This document shows positions 31,213 to 41,400 of a stretch of 64,000 nucleotides of DNA, in pieces. This DNA is from Methanoregula sp. GTDB lineage: Archaea; Halobacteriota; Methanomicrobia; Methanomicrobiales; Methanospirillaceae. Position 1 is the first letter of the stretch; each line of letters starts with the position of its first letter. Location: contig NZ_JALOCH010000013.1 in NCBI RefSeq assembly GCF_023227875.1, forward strand, positions 5,977 through 69,976, written 5' to 3'. Below the pieces are notes generated by a model, which made no database searches, had not been told where the DNA came from, and saw only the letters and a list, made by a program, of their open reading frames with translations. The position numbers and the translations under genes are program-made.

Positions 31213-32152
31213 AACGGATCCTCGGGTCTATGAAATGATACGAAATGTCAACAACGAAATTCACAATCAAAAACATCGCCACGATTACGACGATGCATGA
31301 GGTTACCACAGGAATATCACGTGCATCGACACTGCTAATCAACAGGTTGCCAATTCCCGGCCAGGCAAAGATATTTTCGATGATGACAGTCCCTGCCAGC
31401 AGGTGACCAAAATATACACCGAGGAGGGTAAGAACCGGGATGAGTGCATTTTTAATTGCATGGTTCCAGAGGATATGACCAAACGAGAGCCCTTTTGCAA
31501 TTGCAAAGGTGATATACTGCTGCCCGAGCGTTTCGAGCATACTTGTCCTGACGATGCGAAGGACAACTGCTGTCGGATGGAGAGCCAAGGCAACAGCCGG
31601 TAGTACGATGTTGGCTGGTGACCCATAGCCTGCAACCGGAAGCAGGTTCAGCATCAGGGAGAAGACAAGGATCAGCATGAGTGCGAGCCAGAATGACGGG
31701 AAACTGATACTGAGGATGGTCGCACCCCGGATAATGAGATCGCTGGGGCGGTTCTCATGCACTGCGCAATACATACCAAGGGGAATTCCCACGACGATGA
31801 CAATCAGCATGCTCGCTATTGCAAGGATAATCGTCGGGCCGAGTGCGAGAGAGATTAATGTCATCACGGAAGTATCTTTGTAGACATAGGACGAGCCCAA
31901 GTCCCCGCGGAATATCAACCCAGATAACCAATTCGTATATTGAATCCAGATAGGATCGTTCAGGTTATACTTAGAACTGATCTCCTGTGCCACTTCTGCG
32001 GATACGGAATCTTCCATTCCAACAATGGTATGACGGGCAACGTTCTCGGCGGTCTCTCCAGGTACCGCATGCAGCATGAAGAATGCCAAAGCGGATGCTG
32101 CGATGATGGTCAGAACCAGGAATCCAAGCCTCTTGATAAGGTAATAGTGCAT
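31205..32152 (-). CDS. NikB/DppB-like ABC permease
   Basis: GDLGSS, YITFAIAKGL..HAIKNALIP, IFAWPGIG, RDIPVV. Confidence 0.92.
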   Translation of the reverse strand: MHYYLIKRLGFLVLTIIAASALAFFMLHAVPGETAENVARHTIVGMEDSVSAEVAQEISSKYNLNDPIWIQYTNWLSGLIFRGDLGSSYVYKDTSVMTLISLALGPTIILAIASMLIVIVVGIPLGMYCAVHENRPSDLIIRGATILSISFPSFWLALMLILVFSLMLNLLPVAGYGSPANIVLPAVALALHPTAVVLRIVRTSMLETLGQQYITFAIAKGLSFGHILWNHAIKNALIPVLTLLGVYFGHLLAGTVIIENIFAWPGIGNLLISSVDARDIPVVTSCIVVIVAMFLIVNFVVDISYHFIDPRIRYE

Positions 32153-32199
32153 GGTGTCTCCCGAAAAAAAGATGGTGGAACGTGGAGTTCACAATCTCC

Positions 32200-33846
32200 T
32201 TATTCCGTAATGGTAATCTCGTAATCCAACGCGTAGTCATGCGCAGTCGGATCAAACTTGTAGCCCTGGACAGTATCCTTTTTCACGATCAATACGCCAT
32301 AATCTGCAACCGGGATGATCGGCAAAAGATCATACGCGTCAGCTTCAACCTTGTTCCACTTGGCAAGTCTCTCTTTGTCATCGACCGTGTGCATAGCATC
32401 ATCGATCTGGGCATCCAGGGTGGCATTCTTATAATGGCCCTTATTGGTATCTCCAGTCGATTTGAACCACTTGGGAAGGATATATCCCGGATCGGGGACC
32501 ATGGCAATATTATTCGCGACAAGGTTCAGATCATACGTCCCTGCGGATACTCTGTCGTTACCGGCAGCACTGGCCATAACCTCAACCTTGGACTGGATAC
32601 CAATGGCTTTGAGATCCGATCCGATTGTTTCTGCCATGGGTGAAAGTGCCGGACGATTAGTCGCCGTTATGAGATTAATTGTGAGCGGCTGTCCGTCTTT
32701 CTCAACAATACCATCTCCATTCGTATCCTTGTATCCCATCTCCGCAAGAAGCGCTTTCGCCTTCACGGGGTCGTACGGGAGCTGCTCAAGGTTCTTGTTG
32801 CCGAATGACATGGAGGGAAGGAAGAATCCCTTGGCGGGCTGCCCGATTCCATAGAGGACATGATTGACAATATCCGTCCGGTTGATGGCAAGGGAGAGTG
32901 CCTGGCGTAAGCGGATATCCTGGAGAGGTGCACGATCAAAGTTAACATACAATACGTAAACCCTCGGAGTCAGGTATTTTTCAACAGTGATCCCCGGAAG
33001 TGCATCGATACGTTCGGCTTCGTTGTACGGTAAATCAACGGTGAAATCAATATCCCCTTTCTCAATGGCAAGGGTACGGCTGTTATGATCGGGTACTGAT
33101 GAGAAAACAACACCATCGAGTTTTACCGTTCCGGCCCAGTAATCCGGATTTTTCTTAACTGTAAACACACGGGTCTGCTGATCAAATGAATCGTACATCA
33201 TGGGTCCGGTACCCACCGGTATTGAGAAGTTCCCCTGCGCATTCAGGGAATCCGGGTGGATGATGCCAAAGTTGGAATAATGCAGGATGGCAGGCAGGAT
33301 GGGGATATTCGTGTTGGTCGTGACCTCGATCGTATGGTCGTCAATTACCCTGCTGCTCTTGTAATCCGCCATCTCTCTTGATGCCGCGTTGAGTTTACAC
33401 GTACGGTCAAGGGTAAATTTTACCTCGTTGGCGGTCATCGGCTGGCCATTGTGGAACTTCACGTCATCACGGAGCTTGAACTCCCATGTCGTAGGGCTGG
33501 TCTGATTCCAGGAGGTGGCAAGCTTGGGGGTAAGAACGAATTCCTGGGTTGCACCGACAAGCGGTTCGGTAACCATAGCCTTCTCCGTCACAAATACACC
33601 AGAAGAAGCCGGATCAATGCTTGTAATTGCCGACAAGTCCGCCATCCTTAGGATTTTGGGACTTGTTGATGCCAGGGTGGCAGAAGCAGCTGATGCTTGC
33701 GATGATCCTGCCTGTGTTACCGCGGGGGCATTCGAAGCAGGAGTGGCCTTCGCATTTGTGCTCGTACATCCGGCGATGAGTATTCCTGCAATGAGCAGGA
33801 ATACCAGTAAACATACAGTAAGTGTCCTTGTTTTCATGATAATCAC
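32200..33846 (-). CDS. Nickel/peptide ABC substrate-binding lipoprotein (SBP family 5)
   Basis: IAGC lipobox, PKLATSW..WEFKLRDDVKFHNG, PVGTGP, LRQALSLAINR. Confidence 0.92.
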   Translation of the reverse strand: MIIMKTRTLTVCLLVFLLIAGILIAGCTSTNAKATPASNAPAVTQAGSSQASAASATLASTSPKILRMADLSAITSIDPASSGVFVTEKAMVTEPLVGATQEFVLTPKLATSWNQTSPTTWEFKLRDDVKFHNGQPMTANEVKFTLDRTCKLNAASREMADYKSSRVIDDHTIEVTTNTNIPILPAILHYSNFGIIHPDSLNAQGNFSIPVGTGPMMYDSFDQQTRVFTVKKNPDYWAGTVKLDGVVFSSVPDHNSRTLAIEKGDIDFTVDLPYNEAERIDALPGITVEKYLTPRVYVLYVNFDRAPLQDIRLRQALSLAINRTDIVNHVLYGIGQPAKGFFLPSMSFGNKNLEQLPYDPVKAKALLAEMGYKDTNGDGIVEKDGQPLTINLITATNRPALSPMAETIGSDLKAIGIQSKVEVMASAAGNDRVSAGTYDLNLVANNIAMVPDPGYILPKWFKSTGDTNKGHYKNATLDAQIDDAMHTVDDKERLAKWNKVEADAYDLLPIIPVADYGVLIVKKDTVQGYKFDPTAHDYALDYEITITE

Positions 33847-33883
33847 AACAATACTATCTCAAAATCGGTCCTGAATTCGGTCT

Positions 33884-34660
33884 TTAGGTGTCTGTTCTTT
33901 TTGTCGCAGCGAGAATGTAGTACGATTTGCTTGGTGCGAATCTCCGGTACCAGGGTTGCTGCGGTTTCTGCATCTCGCGGATGTACATCAGGTCCCGGAA
34001 GCAGACATCAGTGAACCCGGCATGCTCAAGATAAGAGATCATGGTCTCCTTTGGCATTCCCCCGTCAAACGGGAGGTGGCTCCGGAGCTCTTGGGTATAC
34101 TGGCTGTGTTTGGTGCGATCGAAGATCTTTGCCAGCCCGTCACTCAGCATCCGTTTTGCCCGGGTTGGAAAGCTCCTGTCTTTCCAGACCCCGTCAATGA
34201 TGAGGACGTTTCCTCCGGTTTTTAAGACACGGTTCCATTCTTTCAGGGCGATATCCGGATGGGGGAGCGTCCAGAGCAAGTGGCGGTTGACGACGACATC
34301 AAACACGCCTTCTTCGAACGGGAGGTGTTCGGCATCCCCAATCTTCAGATCGATCGAGAGCTTCTGGGCATCCGCTTTATGGCGGGCTTTAGCCATCATC
34401 GCTTCGGACAGATCGACACCAGTAACATGATTTCCCATTTCAGCAAACAGGAGACCCATCGCACCGGTCCCGCAACCTACATCCAGAACGTTCTGATGAG
34501 ATGACGGCAGGTTCCGGCTCAGTTCATGTTTCCATGCCTCTTTCTCTTCCTGAGTACCGATTCTATGGCCGGGGCTCATGTCATACGTCGCAGACGACGA
34601 GTCCCAGCTTTTACGGACAGCATCCTTGATCTCGGCATCGTTTAACACCATATTAATCAA
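33884..34660 (-). CDS. Class I SAM-dependent methyltransferase (Methyltransf_11/UbiE-like)
   Basis: VLDVGCGTG, GVDLSEAM, GDAEHLPF..FDVVVNRHLLWTLP, RVLKTGG. Confidence 0.9.
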   Translation of the reverse strand: MINMVLNDAEIKDAVRKSWDSSSATYDMSPGHRIGTQEEKEAWKHELSRNLPSSHQNVLDVGCGTGAMGLLFAEMGNHVTGVDLSEAMMAKARHKADAQKLSIDLKIGDAEHLPFEEGVFDVVVNRHLLWTLPHPDIALKEWNRVLKTGGNVLIIDGVWKDRSFPTRAKRMLSDGLAKIFDRTKHSQYTQELRSHLPFDGGMPKETMISYLEHAGFTDVCFRDLMYIREMQKPQQPWYRRFAPSKSYYILAATKRTDT

Positions 34661-35318
34661 ATAGGTAACACTATTTTAAAATGATTCTTATTTAATTTCA
34701 TACTAAATGTTATTACTCTAAAAAATTTTAATAGTAAATCGACTTGGTCTTGAAAAAAGTGATCACCAGAATTGAGATCCATTTACTTAGTTCTATCGGA
34801 ACTTTCGTAAATAGCAGCACCTGAATCCTGATCAGGGAAGTACTCGTAGGGAACTCTCTCTCGAAAATCAAGGGGGGAAATTCTTAACCTTATCTTTTGC
34901 TACATAATAAAAAAATATTAAAAAATAGAATAATGTAAAAATATAGCAATAACGAAATTCAAGACAGGAACAAGGGGATCACAGATATCCCGGCAACACA
35001 CGGGCAGGATAACCAGCTGGCTGAAGACATGCACAGATATGCAGCACGAGATAGAGACCCGGCAAAACAAGGGGGTTATACCCCTCCTGAAAATTAATGG
35101 GGATTGGAATCACCCCATTCCGGGAAAATCGTTGTCAGGTGGGTAATATCCCCCACCCCCCTCTTCACTCATAAGTCAAGGAAACAATCTTATTTGATAA
35201 CCGTTTAACACCTTGACAAACCGTTGAAATGGATCCGGTATAGCAGACGGGCTGACAGTAATCCCATGGGAGAATTGACTTATTCCAGAAAAGCAGGGCG
35301 TAATACACAAGATAAAAA

Positions 35319-35450
35319 TTATTTTTTTGATTTTATTACCGGCTTCGTCGCGGTCTTACCGGTAATGGTTTTTTTTGCAATCGGTTTCTTCGGTTCTGCC
35401 TTATTCGTCTTTGGTTTTTTAGTCTCTGTTTTTTTCGTTGTTACAACCAT
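35319..35450 (-). CDS. Small Lys-rich basic protein, 43 aa (not in the ORF track)
   Basis: Manual translation MVVTTKKTETKKPKTNKAEPKKPIAKKTITGKTATKPVIKSKK; AGGAG about 12 nt upstream; 15 Lys. Confidence 0.6.
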   Translation of the reverse strand: MVVTTKKTETKKPKTNKAEPKKPIAKKTITGKTATKPVIKSKK

Positions 35451-36043
35451 TCTGATGTTCAACTCCTATCTGGAAGTATCTTCAATAGAATAATAAGGAG
35501 ATGAGTGCCAAGGAAATGTTGCATCCTTCGTCAGGGTATCGGGTGGACGAACAGATGAATTTTATGGGCATCATCTCCCAGTGATATCTGTATGCCCCAC
35601 ATAGTAATAAATATTTTTTATTTTGTATGATTTCGTGAGAATTTGTCTAGAGGTCAACTTGCAGAACAATAAAAGATTGATAAATCATTTAGGGAACATG
35701 TAATCGTCACTGGATGATGATGAGACAACGGTCGGCGGGTAATGTTTCCCCTTATACATTACCATAGTATCCGTGAGTTACGCAAGTATAAAAAAATTTA
35801 ATATTATATGAAAATGTCATAAAATACTATCTGGTACTCCATCACATTCCAGGAACCCGGCCATTACCATCGTATCTTCCATAACTTCGCAGGCCAATGC
35901 CAGCCCTCATTCAGACAGGCAGCCTTGGGGAAACTGTTCGAAAAAAAGGACACCCTATACAGGAATCACCGCCCCCCCGAAAAGAATTGTCACCCGGGAG
36001 GGCAGACCGCATGGCACAAGCATCACGGGACAGGGTGATGACC

Positions 36044-36466
36044 TTATTCATCGATAGAGATTGTCGTGAGTTTGACCGACTCGACACCCTTATGGGCCAT
36101 CAGTTTCTCGGCAAGAGCCTTGAGCTGTGAGCCGTCCCCGTGAACGAGGATAACTTCCAGGCACCGCTCATGGGTGACATGGGAGTGGAGCGAGGCCTTG
36201 ATAACCTCATGATAATCGTGCTCAATTTCAGTAATGGAAGAGAGAAGGTTGCGCTGCTCATGGTCGTATACCATCGTAATGACACCTTCCCGCGCCCCCT
36301 TGACATCCGACATCCACTTGTAATAGGTGATGTACGTACGGATCGCATCGCGTATGCCTTCCGACCGCGAGGAGTAGCCGCGGTAGTTCAGGATCTCATC
36401 AAACCGGTCGAGCAGGTTTTTCGGCAGCGATATGCCGATCCGGGATAGGTCGTCATCCATGGTCAT
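36044..36466 (-). CDS. nikR: Nickel-responsive regulator NikR (copy 1)
   Basis: RHH domain RIGISLPKNLLDRFD..SRSEGIRDAIR; Ni site H..HSH..C (LHSHVTHERCLEV). Confidence 0.95.
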   Translation of the reverse strand: MTMDDDLSRIGISLPKNLLDRFDEILNYRGYSSRSEGIRDAIRTYITYYKWMSDVKGAREGVITMVYDHEQRNLLSSITEIEHDYHEVIKASLHSHVTHERCLEVILVHGDGSQLKALAEKLMAHKGVESVKLTTISIDE

Positions 36467-36752
36467 GGTAATATCCGTTATGAGAATATCATTGCCGGGA
36501 GTTTTAATGTTTTTGAACAACGGGGAATCAGAGTGACACGAGATATGACGTTCATATGCCTGATAATTACCGGGGAAATACCAACCCGGGATGGCTCCCG
36601 CACCCGGGGTTAAAGAATGATCTCACACCACCATGATGGGGCAGATGCATCCCTGCCGGGGGTAGGGACAGCGCCATCCTGTTCCCATCTACCCTGTCCC
36701 ATTATCCTGCTGATGACGCGGGATCGCGCAACCGAAGGATTGTCATGTGCAG

Positions 36753-37478
36753 TCATACCGTCACCTTCCTGAAGACATGCGTGCAGATCGCAAGGAGCCC
36801 CCCGGTCAGTACCAGCAGGACGATGATCGGGACGGCAGGGAACCCCCCGACGGTCACGTCCCGCACCGCATCGATGGCATAACTGAGCGGGTTGAAATGC
36901 GCAATCGTTGCCAGCCATGCCGGCATCACGCTGTAGGGCATCAGGGCACTTGACGTGAAGAAGAGCGGCATCGAGATCATCGTATTGAACGCGGCATAGG
37001 AATCGTGATCTTCGAGATAGAGGGCTATGGTCGTAGCAAAGGTCGAGATGAGGACCCCGAAGAGGAAGAGGATGAAGTAGGTGAGGCCGTACTGCAGGGG
37101 ACTGAGCAGGGTGGCGCCGATCAGGAGCGCAATCACGAGGATGATGGTGGTCTGGATCAGGCCGCGTCCTGTAATGAAGAGGATCTTGCTGACAAGGATG
37201 CTGCTCCTTGGAGTCGGGAGGGCAAGGAACTTATTGAGGAAACCGAGGATCTTGTCAAACATCAGGAGCGCCCCGCCGGAGAGACCGGCCGAGAGCATGG
37301 TCATGACAAGGATGCCCGGCGTGATGAAATCGAGATAGTTTCCGGTAAACTGTACCGGCAGGGCAAGCCCGACAAAGATCAGCCATGCAGCCGGCATGAC
37401 CAGTGCGGATATCACGGCGACTTTCCCGCGGCCCCATTTCAGGAAATCCCGTTTCATGTAGGTAACGATACCGCTCAT
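36753..37478 (-). CDS. ABC-2 type permease
   Basis: DKILGFLNKFLALP, MPLFFTSSALMP, NPLSYAIDAVR. Confidence 0.9.
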   Translation of the reverse strand: MSGIVTYMKRDFLKWGRGKVAVISALVMPAAWLIFVGLALPVQFTGNYLDFITPGILVMTMLSAGLSGGALLMFDKILGFLNKFLALPTPRSSILVSKILFITGRGLIQTTIILVIALLIGATLLSPLQYGLTYFILFLFGVLISTFATTIALYLEDHDSYAAFNTMISMPLFFTSSALMPYSVMPAWLATIAHFNPLSYAIDAVRDVTVGGFPAVPIIVLLVLTGGLLAICTHVFRKVTV

Positions 37479-38431
37479 TTTCTCCTCCTGAGCATAATCC
37501 TGAACTTATCAAACTCGAACCCGTGCGGTTCCTCCTGCCGGCCCACGGCCTGCAGGAATACGTCGTCGAGGGTGGGTTCACGCAGCGACATGGACCGGAC
37601 AATGCACCCGGATTTTTTGAGCGCATCGGCAAGCAGCGGGAGTGCCTCCCTGCCGTTTTCGACGGTAAACGAGACTTCGTCATCGTTCCGGCCGACAAAG
37701 GCAATCCCGTCAACGTCCGGCAGGGCAAACATCCCCTCGACCTTTGCGGTTATCACGTCTTTCATCAGCCGCGCCTTGAGTTCTGCCGGTGTGCCGAGCG
37801 CGGCGATCTGGCCCCTGCTGATGATCCCGACCCGGTCGCAGAACTGGTCGGCTTCGTCCATGTAATGGGTTGTCACAAAGATCGTCATGCCTTTTTTCCG
37901 CAGGGCGCGTATATGTTCCCAGATCCTTTTCCGGGCTGCGACATCGAGCCCGATTGTCGGCTCGTCAAGGAAGAGCACGGAGGGTTCATGGACCAGGGCC
38001 TGCGCGAGTTCGAGCCGGCGGCGCATCCCCCCGGAATAGGTCCGTATGAGGTCGTCGGCCCGGTCGGACAGTTCCATCACGGCCAGCGCCTCATCGACCC
38101 GGTCCGCGGCATGAGGTACTCCATACAGGTCTGCGAAAAACCGGACATTCTCCCGGCCGGTCAACTTGATATCAACCGCCATGTCCTGCGGTACGTAACT
38201 CAGGGATTTCCTCACCATCTCGCCCTCCCGCATGACATCGTGCCCGCAGACACTGGCACTGCCTTCGGTAGGGGTGAGCAGCGTTGTCAGCATCAGTACC
38301 GTGGTGGTCTTGCCGGACCCGTTGGGGCCAAGCAGGGCGAAGATCTCGTTGTTTACCGAAAGGGTGAGATGGTTCACGGCACAAAGGACGCCATAATACC
38401 TGGTCAGGTCCGTTGTCTCGATCGCATTCAT
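37475..38431 (-). CDS. DrrA-like ABC-2 exporter ATP-binding protein
   Basis: GPNGSGKTT, YSGGMRRRLELAQAL, DEPTIGLD, TTHYMDEADQFCDR. Confidence 0.93.
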   Translation of the reverse strand: MNAIETTDLTRYYGVLCAVNHLTLSVNNEIFALLGPNGSGKTTTVLMLTTLLTPTEGSASVCGHDVMREGEMVRKSLSYVPQDMAVDIKLTGRENVRFFADLYGVPHAADRVDEALAVMELSDRADDLIRTYSGGMRRRLELAQALVHEPSVLFLDEPTIGLDVAARKRIWEHIRALRKKGMTIFVTTHYMDEADQFCDRVGIISRGQIAALGTPAELKARLMKDVITAKVEGMFALPDVDGIAFVGRNDDEVSFTVENGREALPLLADALKKSGCIVRSMSLREPTLDDVFLQAVGRQEEPHGFEFDKFRIMLRRRK

Positions 38432-38460
38432 CGCATTATCCCCCCTGGAGATCCCATAAT

Positions 38461-41400
38461 TCAGCGCTGATGTTTCGCATGTACTTTTCCCAGAATATCT
38501 TTCAGCCCGTCTCCCCATAAGGGATTGTCATCCATGGTGACGATGTCTACATTGCCCCCCTGGTAATCGCCCTGGCCTGACTGGTCTTCCATCCAGGACT
38601 CGATCTCAAGGTAGTTCTTTTTCAGTTCGTCCAGCACCCGTGGATCGGCATCCCAGAGGCTGCGCGTGTGTGCTTCAAGGAGCCTCCGTGCAATCTCTTC
38701 GAGGGCATGGGGGTTGTTCTGCTCGAAGAAGTCCCGCATCTCCTCATTATTGACAAATGTGTCCGCAATGTCGTTGAAGATCCAGTCGTCTACTTCCTGC
38801 GTTGAGGCTGACCAGCCATAGACCCGGGTCACCCGTTTCATGATATCGGAAGCCCCCTTGTACCCGTGATCTTTCATACCGTAGATCCATTTCGGGTTGA
38901 GGAGTTTTGTCCGGACTACGCGGCGGATCTCATCGGAGAGATCCCGCACCTCGACATTCCCGGGCTCGCGGGTATCCCCGTAATAGGGCTTCACGTTGTT
39001 GCCGGAATAGTGCCGGGCCGCTGCGGTGAAACCGCCCTGCGTGCCGAAATAGCAGCAGCAGCCGAGGAGGTCCTGCTCATCGGACTGGATCTTGTTGAAC
39101 GTGACCGAGACCGTCGAGAGGCTGGCTGCAAGGTGCTCGTGGGCATCCTTCCCCTGCACACCCGTCCCGTAGGCGTACCCGTTGTAGGCAACGAAGATAT
39201 CGGCAAGGTCCGCCTGGGTCTTCCATGCGCTGGAAAGCACGGCAAGGTTGACACCGCTTGCATACGAGCCCGGTTTGGAGGAGAAGATCCGCAGGGTTGC
39301 ATCGCGGAAACCGGCTCCGTTCTCAACCATGCTTTTCTGGGTGTGCCGGCGCACAAAGTTCCGGTCGGGAGGTTCGTCGAGAGCGGCAACGGCCTGTATG
39401 GCATCGTCGAGCAGCTCGTAGCAGTTCGCAAAGTTGTCCCGCAGGATGCCGGTCGTCCTTACCGTGATGTCGATCCGGGGGTGACCGAGCTTGTGGAGCG
39501 GGATGATCTCAAAGGACCGGACCTGGCCGTTCTTCTGCCAGACCGGCCGCGCACCGATAAGCCATAGCATCTCGGCAAACATCTCACCATCCGAAGCCAT
39601 GATGTCCCCTGCCATCCAGTAAAATGCGATGTTCTCCGGGACCGTGCCTTCCTCGCGGGAATATTTCTCAATGAGCGCGTCGGCCAGGCGCTGCCCCACC
39701 CTCCATGCAGCCTGTGTCGGGACACGGTGCGGGTCCAGTGAGTAAAAGTTCCGGCCGGTTGGCAGCACGTCCTCGTGCCCCCGGGTGATCTGGCCGGAAG
39801 GCCCTGCCGGCACGTACCTCCCGTCCATACCGTGAAGGAGGGCGTCGATCTCCCGGGATCCGTCGATGCGCCGGCTGATCCCGATCACCCGCTCCCGTAC
39901 TTCATTGAGGGCCTGTACCTGTTCGTCGGATATCCTCCTGCCGAAGATCAGGGGAACTGGGAGTGCCGGGTCTTCCAGCACCGTGGCGACAAAGCGCTCC
40001 AGTTCCAGGTCGACCTGTTCGAGGAGGGCGCCGTAGGACATTCCGTGTTCTTCAGAGTACCGGCCCTGTCCCGCAAGGAGATCGGTCAGGTCAAACCCGA
40101 TGACCCGGGCAATGAGCCGGCGTGGCGATGTCTCGCCGGAATCGAAGCGGATGATGGAACTGATGAACTCCACCCGTTGATCTCCCGACGGGACGGTGCC
40201 GAAGATATGCATGCCGGACTGGATCCGGGTATTGCGGATCTTCGAGAGGACCTCGTGGGCCTTTGCGGACATCACGTTAAGGGGCATGCCGTGGTTGAGG
40301 TGCATGTCCGCATCAAGATTTGCCCGGACCAGGGCTTCGATGAGCTGGTGCTGGAGGGCGTGGGCCCGGGCCGGGTCGTGTTTTGTGGTCTCGTACTCGG
40401 TGAGAATGGTGTCGATCTCCTCGAGGCCTTCGTAAAGCCCGCTGCCGGTCATGACGGTCTGCATGTGATCGACCAGCACCGCATAGCCGCGCCGCTTGGC
40501 AATCGTGCCTTCCGCCGGGTTGTCGGAGTTGTAGATGTACAGGAACGGCAGCGTCCCGGCAGCAATGTCCGGGAAACATTCCTGCGAGAGACCGGTCCCC
40601 TTGCCCGGCAGGAACTCGAGGTTGCCATGGGTGCCGACGTGGATGAGGACATCGGCATTCTGGACCTTGTCGAGCCAGTAGTAGGTGGCCAGGTACTGGT
40701 GGGGCGGCGGGCACTTTGGATCGTGGAGAATCTTGCAGACCGTGCCGTCGCACCGTGAGCCGTAACAGCCGCGCTTGGGCTGGACGTGGATCGTGGCATT
40801 GCCCAGCCGGATGCCGGTAATCAGCATCCGGTTGTCGAGCACCATCCCCTCACCGGGGGGCTCTCCCCAGGTGGCGTTCACCTGCTGTTGTACTCTCTCG
40901 GGAAGCGACCGGAAATAGGGCAGGTAGGTGGAGAGGTCCATCAGGGCGAGGGCTCCCCCGCATGCCACGATGTCCTGTACCGTTGTCCACCGGAACTCCG
41001 AGATCGCCTTTTTCTTCTGGATGGTTTCCACGAGTTCCTTGCCGGATGCCGGCGGGGTAACGGCATACCCTGCCCCCGCCATCTGGTGCAGGATGCGTGC
41101 AACGCTCTCCAGCGTGTCGAGGTTGGAGCCGCCGCCGATGTTTGCCTCGGTCCCGGCACACGGGTTGTTGTTTAAGATGAACGCGACCTTCCGCTCACCG
41201 GCAGGTTTCTTCGCAAGGTCAATCCACCGCCGGATCCTGCCCGCGATTTTCGCGCACCGATCCGGAACCGCTTCCCGGGTCTTGCCGCCATCGGGTTCGC
41301 TCCTGCTGGTTCCGACAAAGACCGGTTCTACCACCCCCTCGAACTCCGGAAGGGCTATCGACCACCCGATGTCCATGGAGAGCCCTTCCGATGCCCGCCA

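Noticed and set aside
8176-34660. Metallophore biosynthetic gene cluster
   Set aside because: No NRPS, NIS synthetase, nicotianamine synthase or opine dehydrogenase in the window
35224-35493. 89-aa + strand ORF rich in F/V/G
   Set aside because: Antisense shadow of the Lys-rich minus-strand ORF, which has the RBS
35501-35584. 27-aa + strand ORF after AAGGAG
   Set aside because: RBS spacing is implausible and no protein-like features support it
36610-36752. Short minus-strand ORF between the permease and nikR1
   Set aside because: No motif or compositional support; it may be UTR
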